From Phallusia mammillata (Eukaryota): DNA of 64,000 bases. The notes below the pieces were generated by a model. The model saw nothing but the letters and a program-made list of their open reading frames with translations, did no database searches and was not told the origin of the DNA. The DNA is taken from NCBI GenBank assembly GCA_965637545.1, contig OZ281497.1, positions 15,996,001 through 16,060,000 of the forward strand, written 5' to 3'. The translations under genes and the position numbers were made by a program. This document shows, in pieces, positions 16,951 to 36,433 of the stretch (position 1 is its first letter; each line of letters begins with the position of its first letter).

Positions 16951-18006
16951 ATGGCAGAACAGAGTTCATCACCATCGGTAAGTTTTGTTCTTAAAGTAGA
17001 TTTCTAAAATAATAACTTGTCGCACGAAATTGAATTACTTTTTGTGGCTTAAGGGCAACAATGCTGGAGTATGGATGAAAGAATGCGAAGAAGGACTTAA
17101 CAATCAGGTCAATTTGGAGTTGTATGCTTCCTACATGTACATGGGAATGGTATGTTACATTTATTCATTGTTAGAAGTGATGGCATGCTACCATAAGCGA
17201 AGATCAAATTTTGAAACAGTGCTTACTGTTCAGTTGTATACCAATAACTTGTTTAGCTGTGTGTATAAAAAATTATTCTTATGATGTGTAAAAAGCTATA
17301 CCAATAACTTGTTTAGCTGTATGTACAAAAATTTATTCTTGTGATGTGTAAAAAAGCTATTGATAGATACGAAACTTACGACTGATGTGTAACATGTATA
17401 TTTTCATTGCTTTTAGGGACACTTTTTTGATCGTGATGATGTGGCCCTAAAGAATGTTGCCAAGTACTTCTTGCAATGTGCAGAAGAAGAAAGGGAACAT
17501 GCTAATAAGTTTGTCAAGTTTCACAACCAAAGGGGTGGGACAACCTCTTATTTCCAAATTAAGGTTTGTACATGTCTTATTTCTCATACATGTAGTGTAT
17601 TAATGCAAAATACATTGAATAACTTGCAAATTACTGTGTATATTTATGTTATTTGTATGTTTTGTTTAGCCCCCTGGTGCATTTGATCCTGCCAGCTTCA
17701 CTGTACTGAAGGCAATGCAATGTGCCCTTGCTCTTGAGGTGAATGTCAACAAAAGCCTGTTGGCTCTGCATGAAACTGCCAATGGAGACCCTGAGGTAAA
17801 AAACAAAACACAAATATGTGGAAAATGTTTGTTTTGAGTATTTGTATCTTGTATATTTATTTCAGTTTCAAGACTTCATTGAGGCCAATTTCTTGCATGA
17901 GCAAGTTGAAGCCATCAAGACTTTGAAGGATTACATTACCAACTTGAAAAGGGTTGGTACTGGCTTGGGTGAATACATGTTCGACAAGCATTTCCTTGAG
18001 GCTTGA
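16951..18006 (+). CDS. FTH: Ferritin, cytosolic heavy-chain type, 5 exons
   Basis: Exons give MAEQSSSPS|GNNAG...[16 protein letters not shown]|[28 protein letters not shown]|...[12 protein letters not shown]|..[10 protein letters not shown]...[13 protein letters not shown]. The ferroxidase residues equivalent to E27, Y34, E61, E62, H65, E107 and Q141 are all present. Confidence 0.97.
17238..17360 (+). repeat. About 60-bp tandem duplication in a ferritin intron
   Basis: The unit tataccaataacttgtttagctgt...ttattctt(a/g)tgatgtgtaaaaagc occurs twice head-to-tail. Confidence 0.85.
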
Positions 18007-19053
18007 ACTTGGGAAGACCATCATGCCATCATTTCAGTATAATCTTGTAGTATCTTATAATCTTCTTCATTTGCTTTCATTACGGTTTACAATGTATACT
18101 TTTCCTGGTCATCAAATTGCAGTTCAATTTTAAATAAATCAAATCCAAAAGCTCATGTTTGTTGTTGCTTTTAAATGAAAGTCAGGTCTTACACTTTTAA
18201 AGAAAAACATCAGAACAGAGGAGGTTCTTTGTTTACCTCTTAAAAATCATTTTTTGATTCTTATATAATATTATTTTCAACAATTGTAGGAAAACTAGTG
18301 TTAGTACTAGGGTGCTCTTTCTGTAGCTTTTTTTCTATATGACCTGGAAAATATGTTGATTAATTTATATGGTTGATGGCAAGGTTTTTATGATTTATTT
18401 CAATGTACACTTCAGTGAAAAATGTGCTACTGGACACAATAAACTAGCGTCTTAAATACAAAAAAATGCTGACAATAACAATCTCTGGTTGAAGTTTTCC
18501 CAGTCTTCCCTTTTTTTGTCAATGCTGTTGCAATCTTATGTATGATAAACAAACCTTCAGGACATGGGATTTATTGTTTTAGGATCACCAGCAATAAAGT
18601 TCAGTGCACAATTTAACAACAAATAAGGCAGCTTAGAAACACTGAAAACATAATTGCAGAGATAGGAAAATAATATTTGCACATGAATAAACAAGTTTGA
18701 AGAACAAGGTAAGATGTAACAATAACATAAAAAATATGTACACACTAGACTGTGTAATAAAAAAAACAGCACCAACCCCAAAAAATGTTGTTATTGACTG
18801 TGAAAATATCATCTTAGATGCTGATTAAAAGAACAACATGCTGAGATTAACATATGTATGTTCATTGAAAAAATAGCAAAGCTGTGATGGCAATTTTACA
18901 GTGCATGGTTTGGTTACAAAAAAATGCCACACAACAATATTTTATACTTTTCTGGACAAAAACCTTAGTAAGTTATGTTGACATAAAGCGTTTTTACAGT
19001 GTTTGTTACTAAATGCAATGATAAATTAAAACAGATGAAGCATAAGCAATGGG

Positions 19054-22000
19054 CTAAAGCACCTGCAGGTGATCAAATGGAACCCAACCCTCCTGGCCCT
19101 GTTGGTTGCGACTTGAAAACACAACAGAAACAAACCACCAACAAGTATCTGTTTGTTCTATTACTTCCAGGACATCCCCAGCCCCGACAGTAAGCGTGCC
19201 TTCCTCACCTGCTTCATATTCACACAAAACAACACATCTTGTGCTTTTCAAGCCATTGCCAGGATCATCTATTTCACTGTACACAGTATCTAAATCTTCC
19301 ACATTTACCGATCTTGAAGCAGTATCCTCTTTCTCATAGGAATTGGATTCAGAGCTGCAGCTGGAATCAGGTTCAAAAAACCCAGATGGTACCCAACCAC
19401 TTTGATCTTCAATTTGCATGTACCACCAATCTGATTTTGCTTTTTCAAGTAACATTCCAACTGCACCTTTGCAAAACCCTAATTCTCCAGTATCTTGTGG
19501 TGCAAAATCTGCCATAGCAACATATTTGCATAGACATGTGCTATCTTCAGTTACAGAGCCCCCCTTAGTTGAGCTACAGCTATTGTCTTTTTTCTCATCA
19601 ATAATGCAATCATCAACTTGCCCATCAGGTGAACCTCTTAAAGAAGGTGGTAGATCACCTGAAGGTGTGATATAACTTGACTCAACTCGAGCAACGATTA
19701 TTGTGTTTTCACTTGTCTCAGTGTTATTATTGCCATTGCTGTTGTTATTAAATCTTCCATTTGTAACTCTAGGCAATGTAGGCTTTTTGGGTTTGTTTGG
19801 GACAGGCTTGGCACGTGAAATAGGTGGTTTTGGTTTTGCAGGAACAACGCCAGCTTTTAAATCATTTTGGAATTTTGATCTTAATGAACTAACAGAATTT
19901 ACAGTCTTTGATTCGTCTGGCTTTGTGCTTGGCTGTTTGGGAATAGTTTTTTGAGTTTTGGAAACATCTGGCTTTAATCTAGCCTGGTTATGAATAGAAG
20001 GTCTTGGTGGAGGATTTCCTACTCTTTTTGCAGGTTGTGCTATGCCTTCATTGTTTTCTAATGGCTTTAGTGCACTTTTAAAATTTAGTTCTGCACCAAT
20101 CTTCGAAGCTTTGGTAGCAACAGAATTCTGTATTCCACCAAAGCTTTTCGCATGAACAACAGGCTTCTTTTTTCCTAATGCTGGTGCTGGAGGTTTTATG
20201 GGTTGCTTTTTGACACCAACTGTAGTGGGTATTTTCTCAACTTCATTGGAAATCTGGGGTTTTAATGGCCGTTTAGGCGGAGTAGTGGATTGCAGACCAA
20301 CTGCTGGCTTCCTATTCGGTAGGGCCTTTCTCAAATCTTTTTCCGCTGCCGATCTGGTTTCCTGAGGCTGGTTCTTGCTAGACCCAAATTTGGCCACTGC
20401 AACAGCTGGCACTGCAATTGTTTTTTTAGCACCGCCGATGGATTTGTCAGACACAGATGGATTATTTCCTGTTCCAGGGTCTGTGGAGGGCTTGGTATTG
20501 TTTAGTGGCTTTACAGGTTTGTTTTCAGTCTTTGCAACACCCGGCAAAGGTGGCAATGGCCTCATAGCTGGAATAACCTTTCCAACATCACCTGTTGATG
20601 ATGCTGAATGAGATTTCATTAGGGGTCGTTTAGGTGCAATTGATGTGGAAGTGTGGTTGAGTTCATTTGCAGGACAGGCTGGTTTGGGTGGTTTAGGTCT
20701 CTCAGGAGGTTTTGTTGACTTTTGTTTGTATTGCTTGTCAATGTATGACGAGGGTGCCCAACCTTCTGATCCATTTATTGATATATACCACCATCCCCCT
20801 GGCGATTTTTCTATCACCTAATAAAATACAACATGTAAATTTCCCTGTGCATTAGACATATCTTATGCTTAATGCAAGCTCATACCTCTATTTTGGCATT
20901 TTGATCAAAGCTCAAACCATCAGGAATGTTGGCTTCAAAGGGGGCTTTAGAAACATATTCATAAACAGGTTCATGTGCTGCCAGTTTATAGGTTGGTGGC
21001 AATGGAGGTGGAATCTGAGGTTTTTGGACAATTGAACCTCTTTTTACAGATGACCGCTTTGGAGGTGGCTGGAGTTGAGAAGGGTTGGTTAAAAACACTG
21101 CAGCTGTAACACAAAGATTTTGTAAGAAAAAAACACATTTATACAACAAGCTGTTCTAAATTGTTTTTTTTTATTATGTGGAAATTTTTTTAATAACATC
21201 ACCACAAATTCGATTGCGTGAGATGATCTTTTAACTAAGTTAAATCTCTAATATGCAAAATTACAAACAGCTGTTTACGATATAAGTCCACATTACATAC
21301 CAGAATTTAAACAGGCAGAATGATATTCTTTGCTGCGTCTGTTTGCCACTGACTGTCGTTTGGGACTTGACGAGGCTGAACTTGAAAGGGATGGAGGGAC
21401 AGATGATGGTGATGGCACAACAGCATTAATAGTGCCAGAAGGCAGACTTCTGCGATGTGCTTTGAGTTCATGGACAGATGAAATAATTTCCACACCATGC
21501 TCATTTCGGTTTGATTGTCGAAGCACAACATCAGCCGGTTTGTCCAAATAGGAAGCAGGCGCCCATCCTTGCTTTCCCTGGTAACTACAAGCAGAAGTGG
21601 TTGTTGCTATTTCTGACAGCTATGTGACAAGGAAGTTGTTGTGATTTCATGCACTCATGACCCTACAAGTCATTGCACTACACCGAAGCTGTGACACAAG
21701 ACTGACCTGATGTGCCACCACCCTTCAAGATTTTTCTGTAGCACTTCGACCAATACTCCTAATCCAAAGCTGATTTCATCCGGGTTGTTGGCCACAAACT
21801 TGGCAGTGGTAATGTACTTTTCTCCTACAGAAATAAAATGATTTGTCAAGGTCTGAAACTTCTGAAATTATATAATAATAGAATATACCTTCTCCAGGTG
21901 CTGCTTCTTTAGTAATAAGATTTTCATGTGTTCCATCTCTTTTTTCCAGGTAAACCCCAGGAATCCAACCTCTTTCACCTTCTTCATCGCTTACAAACCA

Positions 22001-25000
22001 CCAACCTTAAAATTTTGTGACATGAATCATCAAACTTTCAAAACTATGACACATAATAAATTGCTTTCAAAAGTTCCATACCATTTTCATGTTTTTCGAT
22101 TACTTCCAAGTATTGACCAGATTCAACTGTTAGTTCCTTGGGTTGGGTTCGCATATAATCAGCTACAGCAACATACTGTTCCAGGGCTATTGGTCCAGAT
22201 ATTTCACCGATATCTACAAAAATATAATTTGAAGAAAGTGTCATGGGCAGTGGTGTTTAAATTACGTATGGCATTACTTGAGTGGTGTGGGTAAACATTT
22301 TGTGCTAAGAGTAACAAAAAGCACCATAGGAGGGACAAAACAGGTTATTGACAAAAACAAATACAACAAACTAAACAAATGTCCTCTTACTTTAAGTGCT
22401 TTTGCTTGAAGCAACAAAAAACCCTTTGTACATCCGTCACAAAGACAACATTTACTTTATTACCATGCAACATGTCAGGCATGTATGTTTAACAGTGACA
22501 ACACTAGCATAAAATGCAAGCCAGTTTCTCCCAATGTACAACACTTGAATTATCTGAACTTTTGCTAATCAGTTATTGCAATGCTGACACAAAAGCTTTC
22601 AATGTGAAAATATTAAATGATGCCAATTGTATTTTATTTCATATTGCTGCCATCTAGAATTGTTTTCAATATGATTTGGAAAGCTGGATATTTAATATTA
22701 AAGCTTTTAGGGTTGTTTTAGTTTTCATCTACTTCATCTACCAATTGATTTAGTAATTGTGCTATGACAACTTTGCTTTTAACTAGCTTAGTCTTTTTAA
22801 AGAAATGTAGAGACAGATTTTAGTTGATATACTTATAGGAAGTGCACAGAAATATGATGCACAGGTCTGTGCCAGAAGCCTATTAAGACACATCAATAGC
22901 ATGCTGGCATACACATGTTACAGACTTATAAATAAATTCTGTGAGGACACATTCTGTTAACTCCACAATGAAATCCAAGCAAGCATGCTCAAACAACTTA
23001 CCAAGAGATTTTGTTCGTCTTATGCGCCTGTGTTTAACTAGCAAGGACAATCACAATCTTTTGCATTTCGAGTACAAAATTTGGAAATAACACAAGAGCT
23101 AATACTATTGAAATACAGTATATATTATCACCTAACAAACCCCAAACCACTACTATTGGACCTCTTTAAAAAACAGGCTAAGTAACATCAAGTAAACTAC
23201 TTTTCTGTAACAAAATTAAAAGTAAACCTAAGTTGTTGGTTTAGTTCAAAGGCTTATTTTTTTTGTTTGCCAAAAAAGTGATTCAGGTCAGAACAGCAGG
23301 GGCCATAAGCCAAGACTTTTTAAGTAAGTGTTTTATGACTCATGCTAAGTATTTGTGCTGATTATCTAGACGAAAATCTAGATAATGGACACTGACCTGA
23401 ATCATCCTTTCTCCTCTTCCTATTAGTTGTATCCCTGTAACACAAATAATCTGTTAAAATACTGGTATCGAATGACCAGCACTTCCCAGAACTATGATCA
23501 ACAGTTCAGCCCACTGGTAAACAAATACCCTTGCCTTGAGGAAACCGATAATTACATAAAATGAAAAGGATGTTAGATTTTTGACATGCCAAAATTTCTA
23601 TTTTATAAAATTGGATATTATGCTTGGCAGCTACAGCTTACATATTGCCATTTTATGGTAGTACTAACATTGTACTTAAATCATGAGAACTCATTTACTT
23701 AACCATTTCTTTAAGTATGTAATATGTGCGTACATAAGAAATCAATTGAGCTATGACCATGACTAAAAATGTTAGACTATTATTTAGGTTTAAAAAGAAG
23801 GTTTACTTCTATATTTCTCACAAAAAATGGATGAATTGGTGTTAGCAGTCATACGATTTGGCTTCCACCAGGAAGTAATACTTACTCCTTGGGTGGATTT
23901 AAGTCTTCTGGCTTGCTTTCAAAGAAATCTAGCACATAATTGCTTTGGGAAATGTGTGCAGGCAGTTGGATCAGTGCCTATGTGACAAAAAAGTGAACTG
24001 TAATATACATTAACTTTAAGCCCAACAAATGGTAGCCATAGGGTTAGAATATCAATATCATTAAAAATTAATTAGATAAAGAGGTCACCTCACGCACGTA
24101 AAATCAAATATGAATTAGGGTGACTCAACTTTCAAGTTAGATCAATAAAAATCCCATTCAAGTATAGCACTGAAGATAGAAGTGTATTTTACTGATGGAT
24201 TGCAACATATCACTTCATACCCGACAGTATTCATCAATTGGTTTCAGTCGTTTCATGGCAACCTCACGAATATGACTTCTTCTGAAAAGCACTTTGCCTG
24301 GTAAGAATGGAATTGTCCGGGCTGATGGATCTTTTAGTCCCCCTTCCAAAGGAAATGCTTCCAAAAGAGAAATCTTTAAAACATTGCATTATTTTGGCAA
24401 GGAGTTCATACACAAGTGGAAGTAAATGCACAGAAACTAACAAAAAAACATAATCCACACATACTTGAAAGTCAAAAAATTTACTGTATCTCCGAAAAAT
24501 AAGTGTGTTGCTTCCATCATCCCAATTCACTTGAATAACATACACCTAAAAACAGTTAAAATATATTCAGATGCCAAAGGTATTAAACACTTTCAAGCCT
24601 TGTTTAACTGTATTTTTGAATAATTTACTAACTAAGAATGGAAAGTATTTTCCAACCAACAAAATCTGATGATGAATATCTTGGAATATATAAATTTCGC
24701 CTAATGGCATCTTCAGTTCCTATAAAAACCACAAAACAACACCAGTAAACAGAATAAAAGTAAAAACATATTGCACATTGCGATGTCTCCAGTATTTTGT
24801 TTTTATTTCAGTATTTTCGTTTCACTTTTTTTGCTTGTGTTTTTTTTTATTCATGTTTTATCTTGTGGTTTTTATAGGAACTGAAGATGCCATGAGGCGA
24901 AATATATATATTCAAAACAATTCATCGTCAGATTTCGTTACTTGGAAAATACCTTTCCTTCTTAGTTATTGACTTAAATAAATGGTGATCGACGATGACC

Positions 25001-25331
25001 ATGTTGCCTGTTGAAGGGTCAGATACTGTTCAGTTCAAATACTCTCAGTGAATAATTTACTTATTTTTTTCAATCTTGCATCCACAATAAGATGTTCACA
25101 CAGCATGTAGCAGTGTTTGAGATTAAACGTTTCTGCAAACAACACTAATGAGCTAATACAGTTTAGATAGGAGCCAGACAATTTTTTGCTTCCCTTAGTG
25201 TAATACCTTAATGTACTCTTATGATAAATAATGTATTTAAAAATGTTTAAGGAACATACATAGTGCTTTGATGGATATCGTCTTTTTAATGTTTCAGTCA
25301 CATTCGCATCAATAAGTTTTCTTCTATTCAT
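19054..25331 (-). CDS. SH3PXD2A: SH3 and PX domain protein 2 (Tks5/Tks4 family), PX plus five SH3 domains
   Basis: The PX domain reads KRRYPSKHY|[29 protein letters not shown]3 motifs include [54 protein letters not shown] and [12 protein letters not shown]. The large terminal exon is proline-rich. Confidence 0.88.
24662..24935. mobile_element. Degenerate palindromic MITE in SH3PXD2 intron 1
   Basis: The inverted arms are aaatctgatgatgaat..gaatatata..ttcgcc..tggcatcttcagttcctataaaaaccac and its reverse complement. The arm core is shared with the 48826-49449 element. Confidence 0.7.
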
Positions 25332-26504
25332 GACTGTGGATCAATCAAACCACTAACACAGCTTTCAAGCTGTAACCTTTGTCACGAGGACACCAAAAAT
25401 AATAACCCCTGGCCTGGAATAATTATAACAAGCATTTAATTTAAATGTTGCTCATACTGTAACATTAATTTTAATTGAACACATGTTATGTGGAAGAAAC
25501 CAAAACAGTTTAATCTGGTTAATTTGTTCCTTGGGAATAACAATGGCTCAGTAGCACTTGCATTTTTGCATATTTTGACTGGTTTTTATTAACGTTGTTC
25601 AGTGGTGACCTTGATAAACCCTTAGTCAAGTGTTGGAATAAATCTTGTATTTTTAACAATCATAACAAAAACAAACCGAACAAGTTTTAAATACACCACA
25701 AGCCAGACACACAACATTTTAAACTTGACTGACTAAATGATGGGTTCTTATTTTAACAGTTATTCTGCAAAATACCTTAAGCACAGGCAAAACTCTAATT
25801 TTAAAGTTACAAAAAACATGATTATTTTATATTTCTGTTTCAAGCGTCTGCTAGACGTCGTATACTTTCATGATCACACGTCTACAAAATAAAATGTACC
25901 AGACCTTGTTGACCTTAACTAAAAAAACTAACTTCATTCCAAACCCTTGTTTTCAAATGTTGCATGGTTTAACAATACATTTTGTTGGCTAATACGCTTC
26001 ATTTTTTAAACACAAGCAGAGGCACACAGACAAACTTCTCGATGTGAAACGCATGACTGAACAAAAAAGGCAGCTGTTAAAACAATGATTATGACGTCAT
26101 AGATGTCATCTCTTTATTTTTTTTCGGTATTTTTTGTTACTTTTGTAAATGGTTTAAATTTTATAAGTTGTTTGTTTTGTAAGTGCTGTGCTGTACATTC
26201 AATTGAGACTGTCAAATTTACAAAGTTTCGGTTTAAGAGTAAAATAAAGGAACCATTTCTGTAATCTCAACTTTCTCAAGTGTTGGCGGTATGTTTGTTC
26301 AGTTATCAGTAATAAGTTGAGTTCTAGCCAAGATCCTGTTCTCCTTGGATACAATAACTTTAATATTGTTTAACTGTTTATTTATAATACAATTATAATA
26401 CAATTGTGTAATATTTTGCACTGCCTGTTTTCTTTTTAGAATAATTTTTGTGTGGGCAATGTAAACATCAATCTTTTATTTGCTGATATGTCACAAAGAG
26501 TTTA

Positions 26505-30669
<4,165 letters not shown>

Positions 30670-31182
30670 CCAAAATCCTATCTGTAAACATGTATATTGG
30701 TCATGCTTTTTCACTGTGAATGGAAGTAATGTAAAATCCAAATGTTTCATCTGTAAATGTTACTGATATTGTCACAATAACTGTCCTTTCACCTAGTAGC
30801 AATTTCAGCACCTTTCTTTGCCAAAATTGTCATTGGTTATGGTATACACTGTCATCCTCACAGCAAAATTGCCTGACTTACCAGTTTAAAAGTGTTTTAT
30901 TCATGTATTATTTTGACTTTTTGTGTGTGGAGCGTATTGACCTTTTTTGTCAATGCTGTTGGTTTTACAATTGGTTAAAGTCTTATACGTCTTCACATTA
31001 ATTTTAACTGGAATGTTATTTTATCAACAAAGTTTGTTTTAACCAAGCTGTAATTGAAGTGTTAATTTAAACAACCTGATTTTAATTTTATGAATTGTCA
31101 ATTTGAATTTTTACTGCCATGCTTATTTCATTGTTAAAAATATCTGTATATTTCAGACTAGAAAGTACTGTATTGTCTTTTA

Positions 31183-34100
31183 ATGGCAGTTAGGCTTAAG
31201 TCTGTCTTCATCTGTAAATCATGTTTTCTGAGAAACATTGTGCAAAATCGCCTGCTTAGCACCAGTGCTTTAAGAGTGATAAGATCAAAGGTGAGTGACA
31301 TAGACCTTACAGCCTTCACTCCAGATAAAATACGCAACTTTGGAATAATTGCTCATGTGGATCATGGAAAAAGTACTCTTGCTGACCGATTGCTTGAAAG
31401 TAAGACCATTGTCGTATTGTAACTGTTGCATTTTTGTTCAAACATCAGATTTTATTGTATAGTTACTGGCACTATCCACAAATCAGAAGAAAATAAACAA
31501 GTTATGGACAGTCTTCAGGTAGAGCGTGAACGTGGAATAACAGTAAAAGCACAAACTGCTTCTATTATACACAAACACGATGGAGATCAATACCTTTTAA
31601 ATTTTGTTGACACTCCTGTAGGTTGAGATGTTATTTTATTTTTTATTGAATCACAATAACTCCTGCTCAATTATAGGGTCATGTTGACTTTTCCTATGAA
31701 GTATCTCGATCATTAGCAGCATGCCAGGGAGTTTTACTGTTAGTGGATGCCACACAAGGAGTGCAAGCCCAAACACTAGCAAACTTTTACCTTGCAATGG
31801 AGGTATGATTGCTGTAATGTGGACTGTTTGTTGTATAAATGCATCATTTTTTTCTCAGCATAATTTAAAAGTCATTCCAGTTATCAACAAAATAGACCTA
31901 AAAACAGCTAACATTGATCGTGTTTATGAAGAAATGACCAGTTTGTTTGGCATTGACCTTGAAGATGTTATAGCTATTTCTGCCAAGAATGGTTCAAACA
32001 TAGAAGAAGTTTTAAAGGTATTTGCCACAAGGTCTTCTATAGTTTGACTTATCACATAGATAAAAGAAAGTTGTTAACATGCAAACAATTTTATTCGGTA
32101 AAGTAAATTTATGCAGTCCACTTCAAAGTGTTTGCCTTTAACCATTATGTAAAAGTGTTACTTAAGTAACATCACCACTGTAATGGCATTGGAGTCATGA
32201 GGTATTGTCAGTACCTAAAATGCTTTAAAAGAAAACATAAACTGGAGATCTTTTACAGACAATTGTTTGCAAGTTACCTTCACCCTTGCAGCGAGATCCC
32301 AAATCTTTCAATCCCAACAACAATTTAAAAGTCTTACTGTTTGACTCCCTATTTGAAATGCACAGAGGTGTCACTGCATATGTTGCCATAATTGATGGAG
32401 TTCTTCGAACTGGTGATACTGTCACATCTCAAATTTTACTAAATCGTGAACAGAAGGGCAAAAAAACTTACACTGTGCAAGAGGTTGGAATGCTTCGACC
32501 TGGACGTGAAAAAACAGATGCTTTGTATCCAGGTTGATAAATACATTATTTCAATATTTTATGTCCAGTAACAAAATATATCATGTTTCTTTTTCACCTT
32601 GCAGGTCAAGTTGGATACTTCATTTGCAACATGAAAAGTGTATCAGAAGCACAGATTGGCGACACATTGTTTAGAGAGGGCTTCCCAGTAAAACCTCTAC
32701 CTGGGTTTGTCAAAGCATTACCTGTTGTATATGCTGGTCTTTTCCCACCTCTTCCAGTTGAATACGACCAACTACGCTCAGCAATTGATAAGCTGATACT
32801 CAATGATCGGAGTGTGACAGTTAAACACACAGACAGTCCAGTTTTAGGTCAGTTTGTCATTAAATCCTTATGCCATGTTTCCCCAATCTTTACATGCTAT
32901 CTGTATTCCCACAAACTGTACAAATAAGTTTTGCTTGACCAACTGTGTTTATTTGGTTTTATTACTTACACACACTAAAAAGCAAGAAATTTTGCAATTA
33001 TGTTTAGTATATTGTTCAAAAAACTTTACAACACAACATACTATAACCAGTCAGGAATAATTGGTCTGTGACAAGTTCAAGCTAATTTGGGATGCCCTTG
33101 AATTCCTGTTTTCATTTTATTCTAACATTCAAATTTCTTACAGGAAGGGGATTTCTGATTGGATATCTTGGCCTTCTTCACATGGACATTTTTCGGCAAA
33201 GATTAAGGCAAGAATTTCAAGCAGATACAATAGTCACTGTACCTAATGTCACTTACAAAGGTAAAACCAAAATCAAACATTACCTCTCCTTATTTAATTT
33301 TCCCTCTGTTTGTACTTAACTTTTCTTTTTACAGTCGGGCATGAAATGTTTGATAAAACCTCCACATTTAGCAAATTTAAGAGGTGGAGTGGTGCAAGTC
33401 GTTTTGCTTGAATTGTTGGCCAAGTGGTTTCTTACAATTCGGACATTCATAAAACATGCCACAACAGTATATTAGTAGTGGGATGATACCAGGTTTTGAA
33501 GCGAGTACCAATACCAAGTACCACATGTATATACCTTCGATACCGAGTACTTAAGTGTAGTGTTGTAATTAGTTGTATATCACTGGCTAATGTATCTACC
33601 AAGGTCGGGGTACAGATGTGCCGAAAAATGTCATCTCCACGCAATAGCAAAAAGATATACATAAACTGGCGGAACTTTTTCCCAATTTTGTGCTATCCAA
33701 AGCAAATATTGGTATAAAGTTGCCCGTATTCTTATGGTGTAAATCGGCCTTCGGTACTCGCACGTTGGTATCGAAAACTAAGACAAAATATTTCGATACC
33801 GAGTACGTACCCGTCCATCACTACAGCATATTAGTGCTATGTTATTTATTTCTCATATTGCATTTCTTTCAGTAGTCCAACCTTTTGGCATTTATTTACA
33901 AAATGCATATTAACCACCAGTGTTTGTGTAAGAGTTCATGTGTTTAGCCTGCAGAAGAAATCATTCCTTGAAAATATTTGCTTTAGGACCAAATATAAAA
34001 TTGTGAAGTGAATATACATGGTTTAGCTGGAGCACTTTAAGCCATGATCTACCAATTATTCCCCCCACTTTTTATGTTTCTTTCCACATAAAATATTTTT

Positions 34101-35257
34101 AGCTTGGCAATTGTTTCATTGGTGTTTTCTATCACCGATGTAGTAAATTAAAATTTACACCCTTCAATAAATTATTTACACTTAAATTGTAACACTTAGT
34201 TTAAACTCCTTTTTATATTGGTTTTATGTGGTAATATTCGTTTAACTAAAAACTCATACTCAATGTTACAGCAATATTAAAACCATCAAGGAAAAAGGGG
34301 ATAAAAGAGCCTAAAGAGATTTTGATTACAAAGGCATCTGAATTTCCTGATGCTGTGGATGTAATACAATATTCACAGCCAATGGTTACCGTGACAATTG
34401 TGACACCAGTTGATTACATCACAGCTGTTATGGATTTTTGTGACGTATGTTTGATGTTCTTCAATTTCTTGTGATGTAAACTAACTATATATTTCTAGAA
34501 TCGAACTGGTGAAGAAATTTCTAATACCAAAATCAGTGAAACACAGGTAGTTTTGGTTTATCGAATGCCATCCAGTGAAGTTCTTATTGATAACTTTTAT
34601 GATGGGTTGAAATGTTTGTCATCAGGTTATGCAAGGTAGCTGCTTCATTTTATCGATTAGTTGAATATATTGTTACAATATTAATGTTTTCTGCAGTTTT
34701 GACTATGAAGAAAGTGGGTATGAAGTCACAAACTTAAAGAAAATTGACATTATTGTAAATGGTGTTGAGGTAGAAGAATTATCCAGAGGTTGGTATCAAA
34801 GAATGGACATTGATTTAAAATTTGATTTAACAAAAACTTTCTTAGTTTGTACAAGTGACAAAGTTGATGGACTTGGAAGAAGCATTTGTCAAAAATTAAA
34901 AACAAATTTGCCTGGCCAATTATACCCAATTTCAATACAAGCTGCTGTAGGGAAGACTGTTTTTGCCAGAGAAACGTATGTTTTCCTTTTGTAGCACAAC
35001 AACAGGTTTTAAAAGTAACACTTTTTTTAGACGACCGGCAATGAAGAAAGATGTTCTTGCTAAATGTGTAAGTGAATTTTAAGTGCCTATATTATGCTTT
35101 TAAAAACTCATGTTTGCTCTGCTGTTTGCAGTATGGTGGTGATTACTCGAGGAAATTGAAGCTTTTGAAGAGACATTCTGAGAAAGTCAAAGCTTTGAAA
35201 CAGTCTGGGTCAGCAAACATTTCTCGAAAAGTTTTTATTGAAATTTTCAAGCGATAG
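31183..35257 (+). CDS. GUF1: Mitochondrial translation factor GUF1 (EF4/LepA), multi-exon
   Basis: It contains [42 protein letters not shown]|[29 protein letters not shown] and [12 protein letters not shown]. The N-terminus is basic, like a targeting sequence. Confidence 0.96.
33473..33823. mobile_element. hAT-type MITE in a GUF1 intron
   Basis: The ends are tagtagtggga... and ...gtccatcacta, the TSD is cagtatat/cagcatat (7 of 8), and it has subterminal gataccgagtac repeats. Confidence 0.75.
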
Positions 35258-35787
35258 CAATAAATCTCAAATTTTATACTTTCTACATTGGCGACAAGAA
35301 AACAAGGAGCACAGTGAAAAATAGCACATCAATATAGATCCAAGTAATAATGGGTCATGTAAGGATAGGAGTCACTTTAATGATAACCAAGTAGTACAAA
35401 ATATGATGAACTCAAAAGTAAGTTTATCGTTGTAAATTGCACTTGAGTTAAGGTAATTTGTGTGCTAATGTTAGTGAGATATATTAATCCCGGGTCAAAA
35501 AGTGGATAGAACAATTAATTGACCTGAGTAACAAAGCACAAAAATCTCACTGACAGTATTCTGATGAAAAGCAGTTGGGCAAAAACACATCACACAAGGA
35601 TTTCTTTTGTTAAAACCCATTGTGCTACAAGTTGAAAGTTCATTGAATCAGGAGATTTTCTTTTAGTAAGTCTTGTTTAAAACACTGAGAACTGACATTG
35701 CTTATGAAGTAGTTGTGTATTGATGTACATATGAAAAAATTGCACTATGTATGTTTGTTAGTTTCAGTAACATATGAGATCGCAGTT

Positions 35788-36255
35788 TTACCTTCCTACA
35801 TCATGTATATATAAGTTTGCCGAAACGCAAAGCAGAACAACTGTGATGGAATTAAAATAAATCATTTTTCTAAACTTTGGATCCACATCACCCTGTCGAT
35901 ACCAGTGAATCTGTAAAACAAAAAAGTTTTACACCAATAAAATGTATGCTGAATATGCATGTACTTACCAATAATAAAAGAGAGAAACAAACAAGAGCGA
36001 TGCAAACAACAAAATATATGTTGACAGCTATAAATGTACTCAGTTTTGGGTGAAAAGCAAAGGCACTGATAAATGTGACCACAACACACATAGTGGTAAT
36101 GATTCCCAATACAAGATTTAGCAACCTCTCCTGCAATATAAACATTTTTAAACAGACCATCTTTTGATATAATGATAACAAACAAAACTTACTCGTCTAG
36201 TGCTAACACCAAACAAAGGTCTATCCATGTCATCTGGAACATTGTAGGCAATCAT
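35788..36255 (-). CDS. TMEM243: Transmembrane protein 243 (C7orf23), 3 exons
   Basis: The spliced product is MIAYNVPDDMDRPLFGVSTRR|ERLLNLVLG...FISAFAF...LLL|IHWYRQGDVDPKFRKMIY...LCVSANLYIHDVGR*. It matches the family motifs RPLFG, WYRQGD.PKFRK and ANLY.HDVGR. The ORF track missed it because of the introns. Confidence 0.92.
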
Positions 36256-36433
36256 GATAAGGCCTCAACCACATTTGATCAACTTAATTGTTATATTGGT
36301 AACTAATGTATATCAAATAACTGAAAAAGAAAATGAATATCAAAGACAAATAGTTGTTGGCAGTTTAATTGCTGGAAAAATAAGACTTAAAAATGCATTT
36401 GTTATGAGTGAAAAATAATGTGCACGAATCCTC